A stretch of 64,000 nt of DNA, from NCBI GenBank assembly GCA_963802165.1, contig CAWDHT010000010.1, positions 1,888 through 65,887 on the forward strand, written 5' to 3'. Under the pieces are notes generated by a model. That model saw nothing but the letters and a program-made list of their open reading frames with translations. It ran no database searches and was not told the origin of the DNA. Source of the DNA: an uncultured Chloroflexia bacterium. GTDB lineage: Bacteria; Chloroflexota; Limnocylindria; Limnocylindrales; CSP1-4. How positions within the stretch are numbered: the first letter of the stretch is position 1; each line of letters starts with the position of its first letter. The position numbers and the translations under genes were made by a program. Of the stretch, positions 1-10,700 are shown one piece after another.

Positions 1-246
1 CGGGGCGCCCGTGTCACGGACCTCGGTGCCGCGGGCCAGGCCGTCGGTCGTGGTCATGGCCACGGCGCGGACCCAGTTGTTGCCCAGGTGCTGCTGCACC
101 TCGCAGGTCAGCGGCTCGAGGCCCTCGCGGAGGATCTCGACGGCGTTGTAGATGGTCGGCAGGTGGCCGGCCGGGAACTCGATGTCGACGACGGGTCCGG
201 TGATCTGGATGACCCGGCCGTTCGCGGAAGGGGCGGCGGTCGCCAT
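1..246 (-). CDS. atpD: F1 ATP synthase beta subunit, N-terminal 82 aa; the gene continues past the left edge of the window
   Basis: Reverse-strand translation from the ATG at 246 gives [38 protein letters not shown]..., a typical AtpD N-terminus. It follows atpG in the operon. Confidence 0.9.
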   Translation of the reverse strand, partial: MATAAPSANGRVIQITGPVVDIEFPAGHLPTIYNAVEILREGLEPLTCEVQQHLGNNWVRAVAMTTTDGLARGTEVRDTGAP

Positions 247-276
247 GGGTGGGAGTGCCTCCTCGTCTGCGCCGGC

Positions 277-1137
277 CTAGCGAGCCTGGGCGCCGCTCGC
301 GATTTCGACCATCTCGCGAGTGATGTTGGCCTGACGGACCTTGTTGTAGGACAGGGTGAGGTCGTCGATGAGCTCCTCGGCGTTCTCCGTGGCGTTCTTC
401 ATCGCGACCATCTGGCTGGAGAAGAAGCTGGCCGTCGTCTCGAGGACGGCCGCGTACAGGCGCGTGGCCACATACCGCGGGAGCAGCGCATCGAGGAACG
501 CGCCGGGGTTCGGCTCGAACAGGAACTGGTGACCCGGGATGCCCTCCACGTCATCGGTCGGCACGATCGGGAGCAGCTGCTCCATGACCGGGCGCTGGAC
601 GAGGGTGGACACGAACCGGGGGTAGATGACGTCCACGCGGTCGTAGACGCCGGCCACGAAGTCGTCCGCGACGAGCCGCGCGATCGGCAGGGTGTCGGCG
701 AACGAGGGACGCTCCCCGAAGCCCTCGAAGTAGGCGGCGATCGGGACCCGGGCGCGACGCATGGCGTCGCGGCCCTTGCGGCCGACGGGGACCACCTTGA
801 GGTCGCCCGGGTGCTCGGTGATCTCGCGAGCCACGAACCGGACGGTGTTCGTGTTGAGGGCGCCGGCGAGGCCCCGGTCCGACGTCATGATGACGATCAG
901 CCGGCTGTGCTCGGCACCGAGGTCCCGGCCCGCGAGGAGCGGGTGCTCGTCGTTCCCCAGCACGCCGGCGAGGTCCGCGATGACCTCGTCCAGCTTCTCG
1001 CGGTAGGGACGCGCGGCCAGCGTGGACTCCTGGGCCCGGCGCAGCTTGGAAGCCGCGACGAACTGCATCGCCCGGGTGATCTGCTTGATGTTCTTCGCCG
1101 ACCCGATCCGGCGGCGAATCTCACGCTGGCTCGGCAT
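277..1137 (-). CDS. atpG: F1 ATP synthase gamma subunit
   Basis: 286-aa ORF with an AtpG-like sequence (…IKQITRAMQFVAASKLRRAQ…). It lies between atpA and atpD. Confidence 0.93.
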   Translation of the reverse strand: MPSQREIRRRIGSAKNIKQITRAMQFVAASKLRRAQESTLAARPYREKLDEVIADLAGVLGNDEHPLLAGRDLGAEHSRLIVIMTSDRGLAGALNTNTVRFVAREITEHPGDLKVVPVGRKGRDAMRRARVPIAAYFEGFGERPSFADTLPIARLVADDFVAGVYDRVDVIYPRFVSTLVQRPVMEQLLPIVPTDDVEGIPGHQFLFEPNPGAFLDALLPRYVATRLYAAVLETTASFFSSQMVAMKNATENAEELIDDLTLSYNKVRQANITREMVEIASGAQAR

Positions 1138-1140
1138 CGA

Positions 1141-2673
1141 TCAGGCCATGAAACCCTGGCGGAAGGCATCGATCGCCTCGTCGAGCGCCGAGGCGATCTC
1201 GTCCGTCAGCGCCCGCGACGCGGCGAGGTCCGTGAGGATGGCCGGCCGCTCGGTCTCCAGGAACCGGTAGAGCTGGGTCTCGAACTCCTTGACCCGGGGG
1301 GTGGGGACGTCGTCCAGCTTGCCCGTCGTGGCGGCCACGAGGATCGCGACCTGCTTCTCCACCGGGAGCGGCTGGTACTGCGGCTGCTTGACGATCTCGG
1401 ACAGCTTCTCGCCCCGGTTCAGCTGGTCGCGGGTGGCCTTGTCCAGGTCCCCGGCGAACTGCGCGAACGCCGCCAGGGCGCGGTACTGCGCGAGGTCCAG
1501 CTTGAGCGGGCCGGCCACCTTCTTCATCGCCTTGGTCTGGGCCGCCGAACCCACCCGCGAGACGGAGATGCCGATGTTCATGGCGGGCCGCTGGCCGGCG
1601 TTGAACAGGTCGGTCTCGAGGAAGATCTGGCCGTCCGTGATCGAGATCACGTTGGTCGGGATGTAGGCCGAGACATCGTTGGCCTGGGTCTCGATGATCG
1701 GCAGGGCCGTCAGCGAGCCGCCGCCGTTGGCATCGCTCATGCGCGCGGCACGCTCGAGCAGACGGCTGTGGAGGTAGAAGACGTCCCCGGGGTACGCCTC
1801 CCGGCCGGGCGGCCGGCGGAGCAGCAGCGCCATCTCGCGGTAGGCCCAGGCGTGCTTGGACAGGTCGTCGTAGACGCACAGGGCGTCCTTGACGAGCCGC
1901 CCTCCGACCTCGACCCCGGCCTCCATGACCTCCTCGCCCATCGCCACGCCGCTGTACGGAGCGAGGTACTGGAGCGGGGCGGGGTCCTCGGCGCCGGCCA
2001 CCACGACGATCGTGTGCTCCATCGCGCCGTACTTCTCGAGCGTCGCGACGGTCTGGGCCACGGTGGACAGCTTCTGCCCGATCGCGACGTAGATGCAGAC
2101 CAGGTCGCCGCCCTTCTGGTTGATGATCGTGTCGATGGCGATGGCCGTCTTGCCGGTCTGGCGGTCGCCGATGATGAGCTCGCGCTGGCCGCGGCCGATC
2201 GGGATCAGCGCGTCCACGGCCTTGATGCCGGTCTGGACCGGCGTGTCGACCCCCTGGCGCGCGATGACGCCGGGGGCGATGCGCTCGACCGGACGGGTCC
2301 GGGTGGCGGCGATCTCGCCCTTGCCGTCCAGCGGGCGGCCCAGCGGGTCCACGACGCGCCCGAGCAGGGCCTCGCCGACCGGGACCTCGACGACACGGCC
2401 GGTCGTCCGGACCCGGTCGCCCTCCTTGATGGCGTTGGCGTTGCCCAGGATGACCGCGCCGACGGTCTCCTCCTCGAGGTTGAGGGCCATGCCCATCACC
2501 CCGTTGGGGAACTCGAGGAGCTCGGACATCAGGGCGGCGTCGAGGCCGTAGACCTGGGCGATGCCGTCACCCACCTCGACGACGGTCCCGACGCTGCGGG
2601 TCTCCGTGCTGCCGTCGAAGCCGGCGATCTGGCTCTTGATGATGCTGATGATCTCGTCTGACCGGATGGCCAT
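1141..2673 (-). CDS. atpA: F1 ATP synthase alpha subunit
   Basis: 510-aa ORF with a Walker A (GDRQTGKTA) and conserved AtpA sequence throughout. Intact. Confidence 0.95.
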   Translation of the reverse strand: MAIRSDEIISIIKSQIAGFDGSTETRSVGTVVEVGDGIAQVYGLDAALMSELLEFPNGVMGMALNLEEETVGAVILGNANAIKEGDRVRTTGRVVEVPVGEALLGRVVDPLGRPLDGKGEIAATRTRPVERIAPGVIARQGVDTPVQTGIKAVDALIPIGRGQRELIIGDRQTGKTAIAIDTIINQKGGDLVCIYVAIGQKLSTVAQTVATLEKYGAMEHTIVVVAGAEDPAPLQYLAPYSGVAMGEEVMEAGVEVGGRLVKDALCVYDDLSKHAWAYREMALLLRRPPGREAYPGDVFYLHSRLLERAARMSDANGGGSLTALPIIETQANDVSAYIPTNVISITDGQIFLETDLFNAGQRPAMNIGISVSRVGSAAQTKAMKKVAGPLKLDLAQYRALAAFAQFAGDLDKATRDQLNRGEKLSEIVKQPQYQPLPVEKQVAILVAATTGKLDDVPTPRVKEFETQLYRFLETERPAILTDLAASRALTDEIASALDEAIDAFRQGFMA

Positions 2674-2693
2674 CGCGTCTCCGTTCGGGCGGT

Positions 2694-3245
2694 CTAGCGG
2701 GAGCGGGTGCCCGCGTGGAGCTGGTCGCGCAACCGCTCGAGGCGGCCGCGAATCGAGGCGTCGAGAAGCCGGTCGCGGACCTGGATCGTCAGGCCGCCGA
2801 TGAGGTCCGGGTCCACCTCCGCACGGAGGTCGATCCGGGAACCGGCCATCGCCTCGACCCGGGTGCGGATCGCGGCGGTCTCGTCTGCGGTGAGCGGCAC
2901 GGCGCTGGTGACCGTGGCCATGACCACACCGCGGTGGGCGTTGAGCAGGCGGGTGTACTCGTCGCTGATGCGGGGCAGGGCGTGCACCTTGCCGCGCTGG
3001 ACGACGAGCGTGACCAGCCGAAAGGGGCCACCGGCGATCCGGGGCTCCAGCATCTGGCGCACGATCTCGACGCGCTCGTCGAGCGGTACCGCCGGGCTGT
3101 GCACCGTCGGCTCCACGTCGGGCCTGGCGAGGATCTCCGCCGCGAGGGCGAGATCCTCCTGCCAGCCGTCCAGCCGGTCCTCCGCGAGGGCCACCTGGAA
3201 GGCGGCCTCCGCGTAGCGCCGGGCGGCGGCGACGGGTCTGCTCAT
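2694..3245 (-). CDS. atpH: ATP synthase delta (OSCP) subunit
   Basis: 183-aa ORF sitting between atpF and atpA with an OSCP-like sequence. Confidence 0.85.
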   Translation of the reverse strand: MSRPVAAARRYAEAAFQVALAEDRLDGWQEDLALAAEILARPDVEPTVHSPAVPLDERVEIVRQMLEPRIAGGPFRLVTLVVQRGKVHALPRISDEYTRLLNAHRGVVMATVTSAVPLTADETAAIRTRVEAMAGSRIDLRAEVDPDLIGGLTIQVRDRLLDASIRGRLERLRDQLHAGTRSR

Positions 3246-3823
3246 CAGTTGTTCGTCCCGCCCGCGGCGGGATCGGCCAGGAAGTCGGCGACCAGCTTGC
3301 GCTGGCGGTCGGAGGTCATCGAGTCGCCGACCACGCGCCCGGCGGCGGCGAGGGCGAGGTCCGTGACCTCGCCACGCAGCTCGGCGATGGCCCGCTGCTT
3401 CTCCCCCTCGATCTCGGCCGCGGCGCGCTCCTTCAGGCGGGTGAGCTCGTCGCGGGTGGCCGCGATGTCCTGCTCGCGCGACTCGGCCGCGACCTTCTGG
3501 GCGCGGTTGATGATCTCGTTGGCCTCGCGGCGGGCCTCCTGGATGGCGGCCAGGCGCTCCTGCTCGGCGGACTCCCGGTCGCGCCGGGCCTGCTCGGCGT
3601 CCTGGAGCCCCTGTTCGATGCGCTCGCGGCGCTCGGCCAGCGTCTTCTGCAGCCCCGCGAGCGCGAACTCGCGGACCAGGAAGAAGAACAGGACGAAGGT
3701 GCTCCCCGCGACGATGATCCAGAACAGGTTGATCTGGAACGGCTCCGAGGCCCCCTCACCGCCCCCAGCGGACAGTGCGGCGACCTGTTGGGCGCCATCA
3801 CGGACGAGGGCGAGGATGTTCAC
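3245..3823 (-). CDS. atpF: ATP synthase F0 subunit b
   Basis: 192 aa with an N-terminal TM helix followed by a long charged coiled coil ([19 protein letters not shown]…). Its position in the operon fits. Confidence 0.85.
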   Translation of the reverse strand: MNILALVRDGAQQVAALSAGGGEGASEPFQINLFWIIVAGSTFVLFFFLVREFALAGLQKTLAERRERIEQGLQDAEQARRDRESAEQERLAAIQEARREANEIINRAQKVAAESREQDIAATRDELTRLKERAAAEIEGEKQRAIAELRGEVTDLALAAAGRVVGDSMTSDRQRKLVADFLADPAAGGTNN

Positions 3824-3832
3824 GGCCGGCGA

Positions 3833-4045
3833 CTACGCGGCGAAGATCGCGAGGAGACCGACGACGATCGCGAGCACGCCAAGGCCCTCGGCGAAGGCCG
3901 CGAGGATGATGGCGAGACCGCGGATCTGACCTGCGGCATCCGGGTTGCGGCCAATCGCGCTGCTCGACATGCCGGCCAGGATGCCGATGCCGATGCCGGG
4001 GCCAAGGACGCCCAGAGCGGCGATGCCGGCGCCAATCGCTTCCAT
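3833..4045 (-). CDS. atpE: ATP synthase F0 subunit c
   Basis: 70-aa two-helix hairpin proteolipid with a central loop motif (…GRNPDAAGQIRGLAIILAAFAEGLG…). Confidence 0.9.
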   Translation of the reverse strand: MEAIGAGIAALGVLGPGIGIGILAGMSSSAIGRNPDAAGQIRGLAIILAAFAEGLGVLAIVVGLLAIFAA

Positions 4046-4099
4046 CGAGTGAAACCCTCCATTCGACCCGGGGTTGGCCGGGTTCAGGTGCCTAGGTGA

Positions 4100-5059
4100 T
4101 CAGTGGGCCCCGGCTGTCGCCAGCTCGGGATCCGCGGGGGTGGGCTGCGGCTCGTGCTTCGCATCGTGCTCGTCGCCGTGATGCTCGATCGCCGCCAGGG
4201 TGAACATGAGTGTCAGCGTGCTGAAGATGAGCGCCTGGACGAGGTTCAGCATGACTTCGAGGGCGTACATGGCGAGGGGGATGAGCGCCACGGTCAGGGC
4301 CGTGAGGACGCCGAGGGCAACCTCGCCACCGTAGACGTTGCCGAAGAGTCGCATCGACAGCGTGATGGGCTTGACGAACTCCAGGAGGAGCTCCACCAGG
4401 CCCACGAACATCGCGATGATCCCCGCCCCGATCCCCTTCTTGAACTCGCGCACGGGAAAGAACTTGCTCAGGTAGCCCAGGCCCAGGTGTTTGAAGCCCT
4501 GGTACTGGAAGAAGAAGAACGCAACCAGCGCGAGCCCGATCGTGACGTTCACGTCGCTCGTGGGAGCGCGGAACCAGATGACCCTGCCGACGCCAGGGAT
4601 GAGCCCCGACCAGTTGCTGAACAGGATCAGGAGGAAGAAGGCGGCGAACAGCGGGATGTAGGGCTTCGCCCCCGCGCCACCCAGCGACATGGCGAAGTTC
4701 TCGAGGGTCTCGAAGATCCACTCGGCCACGTTCTGGCGGCCGGTGGGGATCATCTTCGCGCCCCTGGTCATGAGCCAGAACGAGAGGATCACGACGACGG
4801 CCACGATCCACAGCGTCAGGAGCGTGGACGAGATGCTCACGTCGAAGACCACGAGGCCGGGCGGCGTCTGATGGCCGGGCGGGTACACCACGTGGGGCGC
4901 AGGAAGCTCCAGGTTCCCGTTGATGAAGCAGACCGGGTAGACGCACTCCGCCGGCGTTCCGCCCTCGATCGGGTCGAACGGGGGCACCACGAAGAACGCG
5001 ATGACGTCGATGACGATGACGGCCGCGAGCATCAACAGGATGCGGTTGCGACGGCTCAT
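4100..5059 (-). CDS. atpB: ATP synthase F0 subunit a
   Basis: Polytopic membrane protein with AtpB motifs (…LSMRLFGNVYGGE…). The ORF track begins at 5128, but the internal Met at 5059 is preceded by GGAGGGAG 7 nt upstream, so the start is set there. Confidence 0.88.
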   Translation of the reverse strand: MSRRNRILLMLAAVIVIDVIAFFVVPPFDPIEGGTPAECVYPVCFINGNLELPAPHVVYPPGHQTPPGLVVFDVSISSTLLTLWIVAVVVILSFWLMTRGAKMIPTGRQNVAEWIFETLENFAMSLGGAGAKPYIPLFAAFFLLILFSNWSGLIPGVGRVIWFRAPTSDVNVTIGLALVAFFFFQYQGFKHLGLGYLSKFFPVREFKKGIGAGIIAMFVGLVELLLEFVKPITLSMRLFGNVYGGEVALGVLTALTVALIPLAMYALEVMLNLVQALIFSTLTLMFTLAAIEHHGDEHDAKHEPQPTPADPELATAGAH

Positions 5060-5156
5060 CGGCCCGCTCCCTCCACCCAGCTCTCGCGCGTCACGTGTCC
5101 TCCAAGCAGCGGCGCGGCCATCGGCCACGCATCATCCGTGCCCGTTCCGTGGCCGG

Positions 5157-5369
5157 TCAATCCAACCGCTTCAGGAACCGCGTTACCAGGCGGTGGATCG
5201 CCACCGCTCCGAGCCCCGCGCCGGCGAGAAAGCCGACGAGAACGAACAGCGGTTGCGTATCGAGCCGCTGGTCCAGCCAGAGGCCCGCCGCCACGCCGGC
5301 GAGAGTCGTCACAAGAAGGACCAGGCCGATCTCGGAGAACAGCGCGAGGTATCCGAAACCGGCGTTCAT
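5157..5369 (-). CDS. Small 2-TM protein at the head of the atp operon, AtpI/AtpZ-like
   Basis: 70-aa hydrophobic ORF immediately upstream of atpB on the same strand. Confidence 0.5.
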   Translation of the reverse strand: MNAGFGYLALFSEIGLVLLVTTLAGVAAGLWLDQRLDTQPLFVLVGFLAGAGLGAVAIHRLVTRFLKRLD

Positions 5370-5430
5370 GGACGACCGTTCACCGCGCGGGTGACTATAC
5401 CAGAGGGCACAGGAGGTCCGGAACGGGAGA

Positions 5431-8400
5431 TCAGAAGAGGGCCAGGATGGCGTCGAGATCCACCTGGCCGTTGCCGACGGCCCTGATCTGAACCGTGTGC
5501 TTCACGTTGGTGCCCGCCGTCAGCGAACGGACGTAGAGGACCCGCCGGTAGACGGTGCTGGTGGCCTTCTCGCTCACCGTTGCGACACGCACCCCGTCCA
5601 CGTAGACCTCGAAGCTCCCTCGTCCCGATGACCGCGGTCCGACGATGGCGAACTGGCGCGCGTTGGTGAGGGTGATGCTGGCGGTGGCGCCCGCGGTCTT
5701 CGTCCAGCGCCTCGCGCCACCCGAGTAGGAGGTGCTCTTCGACGTCGTCCAGGTGCCTGTGTAGGTAATCGCGGTGCTGCTCTCCTGGTACAGGGCGACG
5801 CGCGAGGTGAGGGAGTAGCGGTACGAGCCGGTCCTGCCGGCCCTGTCCACCGTTCGGACTCGCCAGCGGTACTGGGTGTTGACCGTCAGCTTGCGGGTCG
5901 AGCTGGTGCCGGTGGTGGAGCTGAATAGCGTCGTGGGGTACGTCGAGCCGCCGTTGGTGCTCTGGGCCACCTTGTAGCTCCGCACGGAGGTGCTGGCGAT
6001 CGTGACGCCGCACCAGGAGACCCTGAGGGGCACGGTGCTACCGATGGTGCTGTTGCTCACGAGGCCGGTGGCGGGCGTGTCGGTGATCGGGTTGGCCGAA
6101 AGGCCGTTGGTGCCCGGTCGGGCGATGGTGACGAACGCGGTCGCCGTGGCGGTGAGACCACGGCTGTCCGTGATGGTGTAGGAGAAGGAGTCCCCGCCCG
6201 TGCTGCAGCCGACCGGGTCGTAGATCACGGCCGAGCCACCTGCCGCAATGGAGACGGTGCCCCGAGTGGCGGTGCCGACCGTCTTGACAGTGATCGTGTC
6301 GGTCGGTTCGGAGGTGACGTCCTTCACGGCCGGTCCGCTGTAGTCGTTGGCCAGGACCGCCAGCGTGGTCGTGGTCGTGGCATTGACCGTGAACCCATCC
6401 GTTCTTGCGACCGGCGCGTCATTGACCGGTGCGACGGTGATCGAGACGGTGGCGGTGGCCGAGTTCAGCAGGCCGTCGTTGACCCGGAAGGTGAACGAGT
6501 CGGCACCGAAGTAGTTGGCCGCCGGCGTGTAGGTCCGCGTGGCGCCGGTCCCGCTGAGCGTCCCGTGGGCGGGGTTGGTGACGACCGCGAACGTCACGGC
6601 CGACTTCTCGACGACGTCGCTCCCGGCCAGGGTGATCGCCTTGGCCGTGTCCTCGTTCGTGGTCACTGACTGGGCCGTGGCGACCGGCGCGTCATTGACC
6701 GGTGCGACGGTGATCGAGACGGTGGCGGTGGCCGAGTTCAGCAGGCCGTCGTTGACCCGGAAGGTGAACGAGTCGGCACCGAAGTAGTTGGCCGCCGGCG
6801 TGTAGGTCCGCGTGGCGCCGGTCCCGCTGAGCGTCCCGTGGGCGGGGTTGGTGACGGTGTAGGTCAGCGGGTTGCCGTCGGGGTCGGTGCCGGCCAGGGT
6901 GATGGCCCTCGCGGCGTCCTCGTTCGTGGTCACGGCCTGGGCGGTGGCGACCGGTGCCCGGTTCGTGTTGCTGACCGTCCAGGTGAACGTGTCGGTCGCG
7001 TCGACGGTGGGCCCGTCGCGGACGGTGATGCTCACGCTGTACGGGCTCGAGGCGGCCGCGGCGTAGCCGATCGTGCCGCTGATGAGCCCGGTGGCCGGGT
7101 TGATCGAGAGGCCGGCCGGGAGGTCCGTGGCCTCGTAGGTCAGGGCGTCGCCGTCGGGGTCGGTCGCCCCCGCGTCGAGGCTGATGACGGCGCCCTCGGC
7201 GCTGGTCCGGTCGCCCAGGTTCTGGTCGAAGGCCGGTGCCCGGTTCGTGTTGCGTGACCGTCCAGGTGAACGTGTCGGTCGCGTCGACGGTGGGCCCGTC
7301 GCGGACGGTGATGCTCACGCTGTACGGGCTCGAGGCGGCCGCGGCGTAGCCGATCGTGCCGCTGATGAGCCCGGTGGCCGGGTTGATCGAGAGGCCGGCC
7401 GGGAGGTCCGTGGCCTCGTAGGTCAGGGCGTCGCCGTCGGGGTCGGTCGCCCCGGCGTCGAGGCTGATGACGGCGCCCTCGGCGCTGGTCCGGTCGCCCA
7501 GGTTCTGGTCGAAGGCCGGTGCCCGGTTCGTGTTGCTGACCGTCCAGGTGAACGTGTCGGTCGCGTCGACGGTGGGCCCGTCGCGGACGGTGATCGCTCA
7601 CGCTGTACGGGCTCGAGGCGGCCGCGGCGTAGCCGATCGTGCCGCTGATGAGCCCGGTGGCCGGGTTGATCGAGAGGCCGGCCGGGAGGTCCGTGGCCTC
7701 GTAGGTCAGGGCGTCGCCGTCGGGGTCGGTCGCCCCGGCGTCGAGGCTGATGACGGCGCCCTCGGCGCTGGTCCGGTCGCCCAGGTTCTGGTCGAAGGCC
7801 GGTGCCCGGTTCGTGTTGCTGACCGTCCAGGTGAACGTGTCGGTCGCGTCGACGGTGGGGCCGTCGCGGACGGTGACGCTCACGCTGTACGGGCTCGAGG
7901 CGGCCGCGGCGTAGCCGATCGTGCCGCTGATGAGCCCGGTGGCCGGGTTGATCGAGAGGCCGGCCGGGAGGTCCGTGGCCTCGTAGGTCAGGGCGTCGCC
8001 GTCGGGGTCGGTCGCCCCGCGTCGAGGCTGATGACGGCGCCCTCGGCGCTGGTCCGGTCGCCCAGGTTCTGGTCGAAGGCCGGTGCCCGGTTCGTGTTGC
8101 GTGACCGTCCAGGTGAACGTGTCGGTCGCGTCGACGGTGGGCGCCGTCGCGGACGGTGATGCTCACGCTGTACGGGCTCGAGGCGGCCGCGGCGTAGCCG
8201 ATCGTGCCGCTGATGAGCCCGGTGGCCGGGTTGATCGAGAGGCCGGCCGGGAGGTCCGTGGCCTCGTAGGTCAGGGCGTCGCCGTCGGGGTCGGTCGCCC
8301 CGGCGTCGAGGCTGATGACGGCGCCCTCGGCGCTGGTCCGGTCGCCCAGGTTCTGGTCGAAGGCCGGTGCCCGGTTCGTGTTGCTGACCGTCCAGGTGAA

Positions 8401-9593
8401 CGTGTCGGTCGCGTCGACGGTGGGCGCCGTCGCGGACGGTGATGCTCACGCTGTACGGGCTCGAGGCGGCCGCGGCGTAGCCGATCGTGCCGCTGATGAG
8501 CCCGGTGGCCGGGTTGATCGAGAGGCCGGCCGGGAGGTCCGTGGCCTCGTAGGTCAGGGCGTCGCCGTCGGGGTCGGTCGCCCCGGCGTCGAGGCTGATG
8601 ACGGCGCCCTCGGCGCTGGTCCGGTCGCCCAGGTTCTGGTCGAAGGCCGGTGCCCGGTTCGTGTTGCGTGACCGTCCAGGTGAACGTGTCGGTCGCGTCG
8701 ACGGTGGGCCCGTCGCGGACGGTGATGCTCACGCTGTACGGGCTCGAGGCGGCCGCGGCGTAGCCGATCGTGCCGCTGATGAGCCCGGTGGCCGGGTTGA
8801 TCGAGAGGCCGGCCGGGAGGTCCGTGGCCTCGTAGGTCAGGGCGTCGCCGTCGGGGTCGGTCGCCCCGGCGTCGAGGCTGATGACGGCGCCCTCGGCGCT
8901 GGTCCGGTCGCCCAGGTTCTGGTCGAAGGCCGGTGCCCGGTTCGTGTTGCTGACCGTGACCGTGACCGTCTCGCAGTCGTCGAGCGTGCCGTCGCTGACG
9001 CACACCGTGACGTCCGCGGAGGCATCCTCGAAGGCCGGGGCAAGGTGCAGCGTGCTGCCGGCGAGGGAGATCCAGGCGGGCGTCCCCACGCCAAGGCTGA
9101 AGGTGAGGGGCTGGGCGGGGATATCGGCGTCGGTCGCAGCTAGGGCGATGTCGTCGGTCGCGCCCTCGGCGACGGCAAGGGGGCCGACCGGGACGAGGAC
9201 CGGGGCAGTGTTCACCTCGGCGACCGTGACCGTGACGGTCTCGGCATCGGCGAGGTCGCCGTCGGACACGGTGATGTCGAAGGTGTAGACACCCGGACCC
9301 TGGCTCTCGGTCGGGGTCCAGGTGAAGGCGCCGGTGACGGGATCGATCGAGGCGCCCGGGGGAACGGGGCCCATGGTGCCGGCGGCGAGGTCGAACGTGA
9401 GCGGGTCGCCCTCCAGGTCCGTCGCGGTGGCAGTGAAGGTGAGCGGGACGAGCTCATCGACCGGACTGGGGATGGCCGGGAGCGTCAGGACCGGCGCGGC
9501 CGCCAGGACCTGAAGCGGCAGGAGGCCGGCGAGAAGCGTGGCGCTCAGGAGGGATGAGACAAGGCGGCGCATGGTCGGCAATCCTAGGGGCAC
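5431..9593 (-). pseudogene. Large secreted Ig-like/cadherin-like tandem-repeat surface protein (~1380 aa if contiguous), fragmented into at least six frames
   Basis: An N-terminal signal peptide (MRRLVSSLLSATLLAGLLPLQVLAAAP) starts at 9593. It is followed by repeated ~94-aa 'TVRDGPTVDATDTFTWTV…DPDGDALTY…' Ig-like (He_PIG/cadherin-like) units, then two ~91-aa 'NEDTAKAITLAGSD…TYTPAANYFGADSFTFRVNDG' units, then an FN3-like C-terminus. ORF fragments 8271..9593, 7988..8449, 7423..8166, 7140..7883, 6692..7318 and 5431..7035 overlap in shifted frames because of 1-nt indels. Confidence 0.7.
7141..8950. repeat. Tandem array of ~6.4 near-identical copies of a 282-bp (94-codon) unit, most copies 283 bp
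   Basis: Copies start at 7141, 7424, 7707, 7989, 8272, 8555 and 8838 (the last partial). They are identical except for a few substitutions and single-base insertions at three recurrent positions (gttgc[g]tgacc, gggc[g]ccgtc, gat[c]gct) plus one deletion (ccccg-cg). A second duplication of ~273 bp lies at ~6409-6585 and ~6682-6858. Confidence 0.9.
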
Positions 9594-10612
9594 GGGACGG
9601 TGATGTTGACGAAGGTTGAGTCACTCCCGCCCGGTCCGGCGACCGTGAGCCCCACGGTATAGGCGCCGCCTGCGGCCCCGAAGTCGTGGGTCACGCTGGA
9701 CTTCGTCGAGCTGATCCCGTCCCCGGCCCACCGGTAGGTCTTCTCGCCGGTTGAGCTCGACCCGTTGAAGGTGACGGTAGACGAACCCGAGGCACACGAG
9801 GTCACGATCTTGGCGACGACCGGCACGGGCGTCGGCTTGGGCGTGGGCTTGGGCGTGGGCTTGGGCTTCGGCTTGGGGGTGGGCCTGGGGGTGGGCCGTG
9901 GCGTCCGGCGCGGCGTCGGCTTGGGCTTGGGCTTGGCCGTCGGCTTGGGGGTCGGCTTGACCGTGGGCGATGGCGTCGGCGACGGGCTGGGGCTCGACGT
10001 CGGGCTGGGCGTTGGGCCGGAACTCGGCGACGGGCTGGGCGTTGGGCCGGAACTCGGCGACGGGCTGGGCGAGGGCCTGGTGGACGGCGTCACGGTCGGC
10101 GTCGGCGTGCTCACGACCGAGATGCCGGCCGGGGACTCTGTGGGGCCTGTCGTCGCCGTCATCGCTGGCAGCACCATCGTGAGCCCGAGGGCGGCCAACG
10201 AGATGCACAGCAGGGCGGCCGCAGAGTCGCGCCACAGCCGGCGACGGTTGGACACCAGAGGCGGTGGTGCCTCGGCGTGGTGATCCGCCGTGCGGACGCC
10301 ACCGGCGACGACGGGCGCGGTCGCCGCGGCGAGCCCTGCCTGGTTCGCGGCCTTCCGGGCGGCCGCGGCGCTGGCGAACGCCTCTGCGGCAGCGGCCGCT
10401 TCAACTGCCTCTGCGTCTGCCTCGGGACGCTCGCCGATCCCGATGCGGTAGGCGATGTCGGCCTGGGTCAGCTGCGGGATCGGGACGGACGCGGCGGCCG
10501 CGGCGGCCTCGGCGGCCCGACGTCGCCTGCGGGTACGTCGCAGCATCAAGAGGATCGCGATCGCGAGCAGAACCGCGATGACGACAACGATCCCGATCTC
10601 GGACGGCGACAT
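9584..10612 (-). CDS. Membrane-anchored protein with a Pro/Thr/Ser-rich linker and a C-terminal PKD domain
   Basis: N-terminal TM plus an Arg stretch, a second TM, a long [13 protein letters not shown] low-complexity linker, then a PKD-like motif (…[32 protein letters not shown]…). The nucleotide sequence contains ggcttgggc-type short repeats that encode the linker. Confidence 0.75.
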   Translation of the reverse strand: MSPSEIGIVVVIAVLLAIAILLMLRRTRRRRRAAEAAAAAASVPIPQLTQADIAYRIGIGERPEADAEAVEAAAAAEAFASAAAARKAANQAGLAAATAPVVAGGVRTADHHAEAPPPLVSNRRRLWRDSAAALLCISLAALGLTMVLPAMTATTGPTESPAGISVVSTPTPTVTPSTRPSPSPSPSSGPTPSPSPSSGPTPSPTSSPSPSPTPSPTVKPTPKPTAKPKPKPTPRRTPRPTPRPTPKPKPKPTPKPTPKPTPVPVVAKIVTSCASGSSTVTFNGSSSTGEKTYRWAGDGISSTKSSVTHDFGAAGGAYTVGLTVAGPGGSDSTFVNITVPCP

Positions 10613-10700
10613 GGCCCCTCTGCACGTCGGCGTCCCGGAGCCGACGGCCCGATGCTAACACCGGTCGCATCAGGGCTCCCCGAGGCGAACGGACCAGGGG

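Noticed and set aside
88-2661. 857-aa plus-strand ORF spanning atpD-atpG-atpA
   Set aside because: Antisense to three well-conserved ATP synthase genes. Its Arg/Gly/Asp-rich low-complexity translation is typical of spurious ORFs in ~70% GC DNA.
9765-10283. Short tandem 'ggcttgggc/ggcgtgggc' repeats that could be mistaken for a satellite or CRISPR-like array
   Set aside because: They are the coding sequence (minus strand) of the Pro/Thr/Lys-rich linker of the PKD-domain protein. There are no unique spacers and no cas genes. No CRISPR array is present anywhere in the window.
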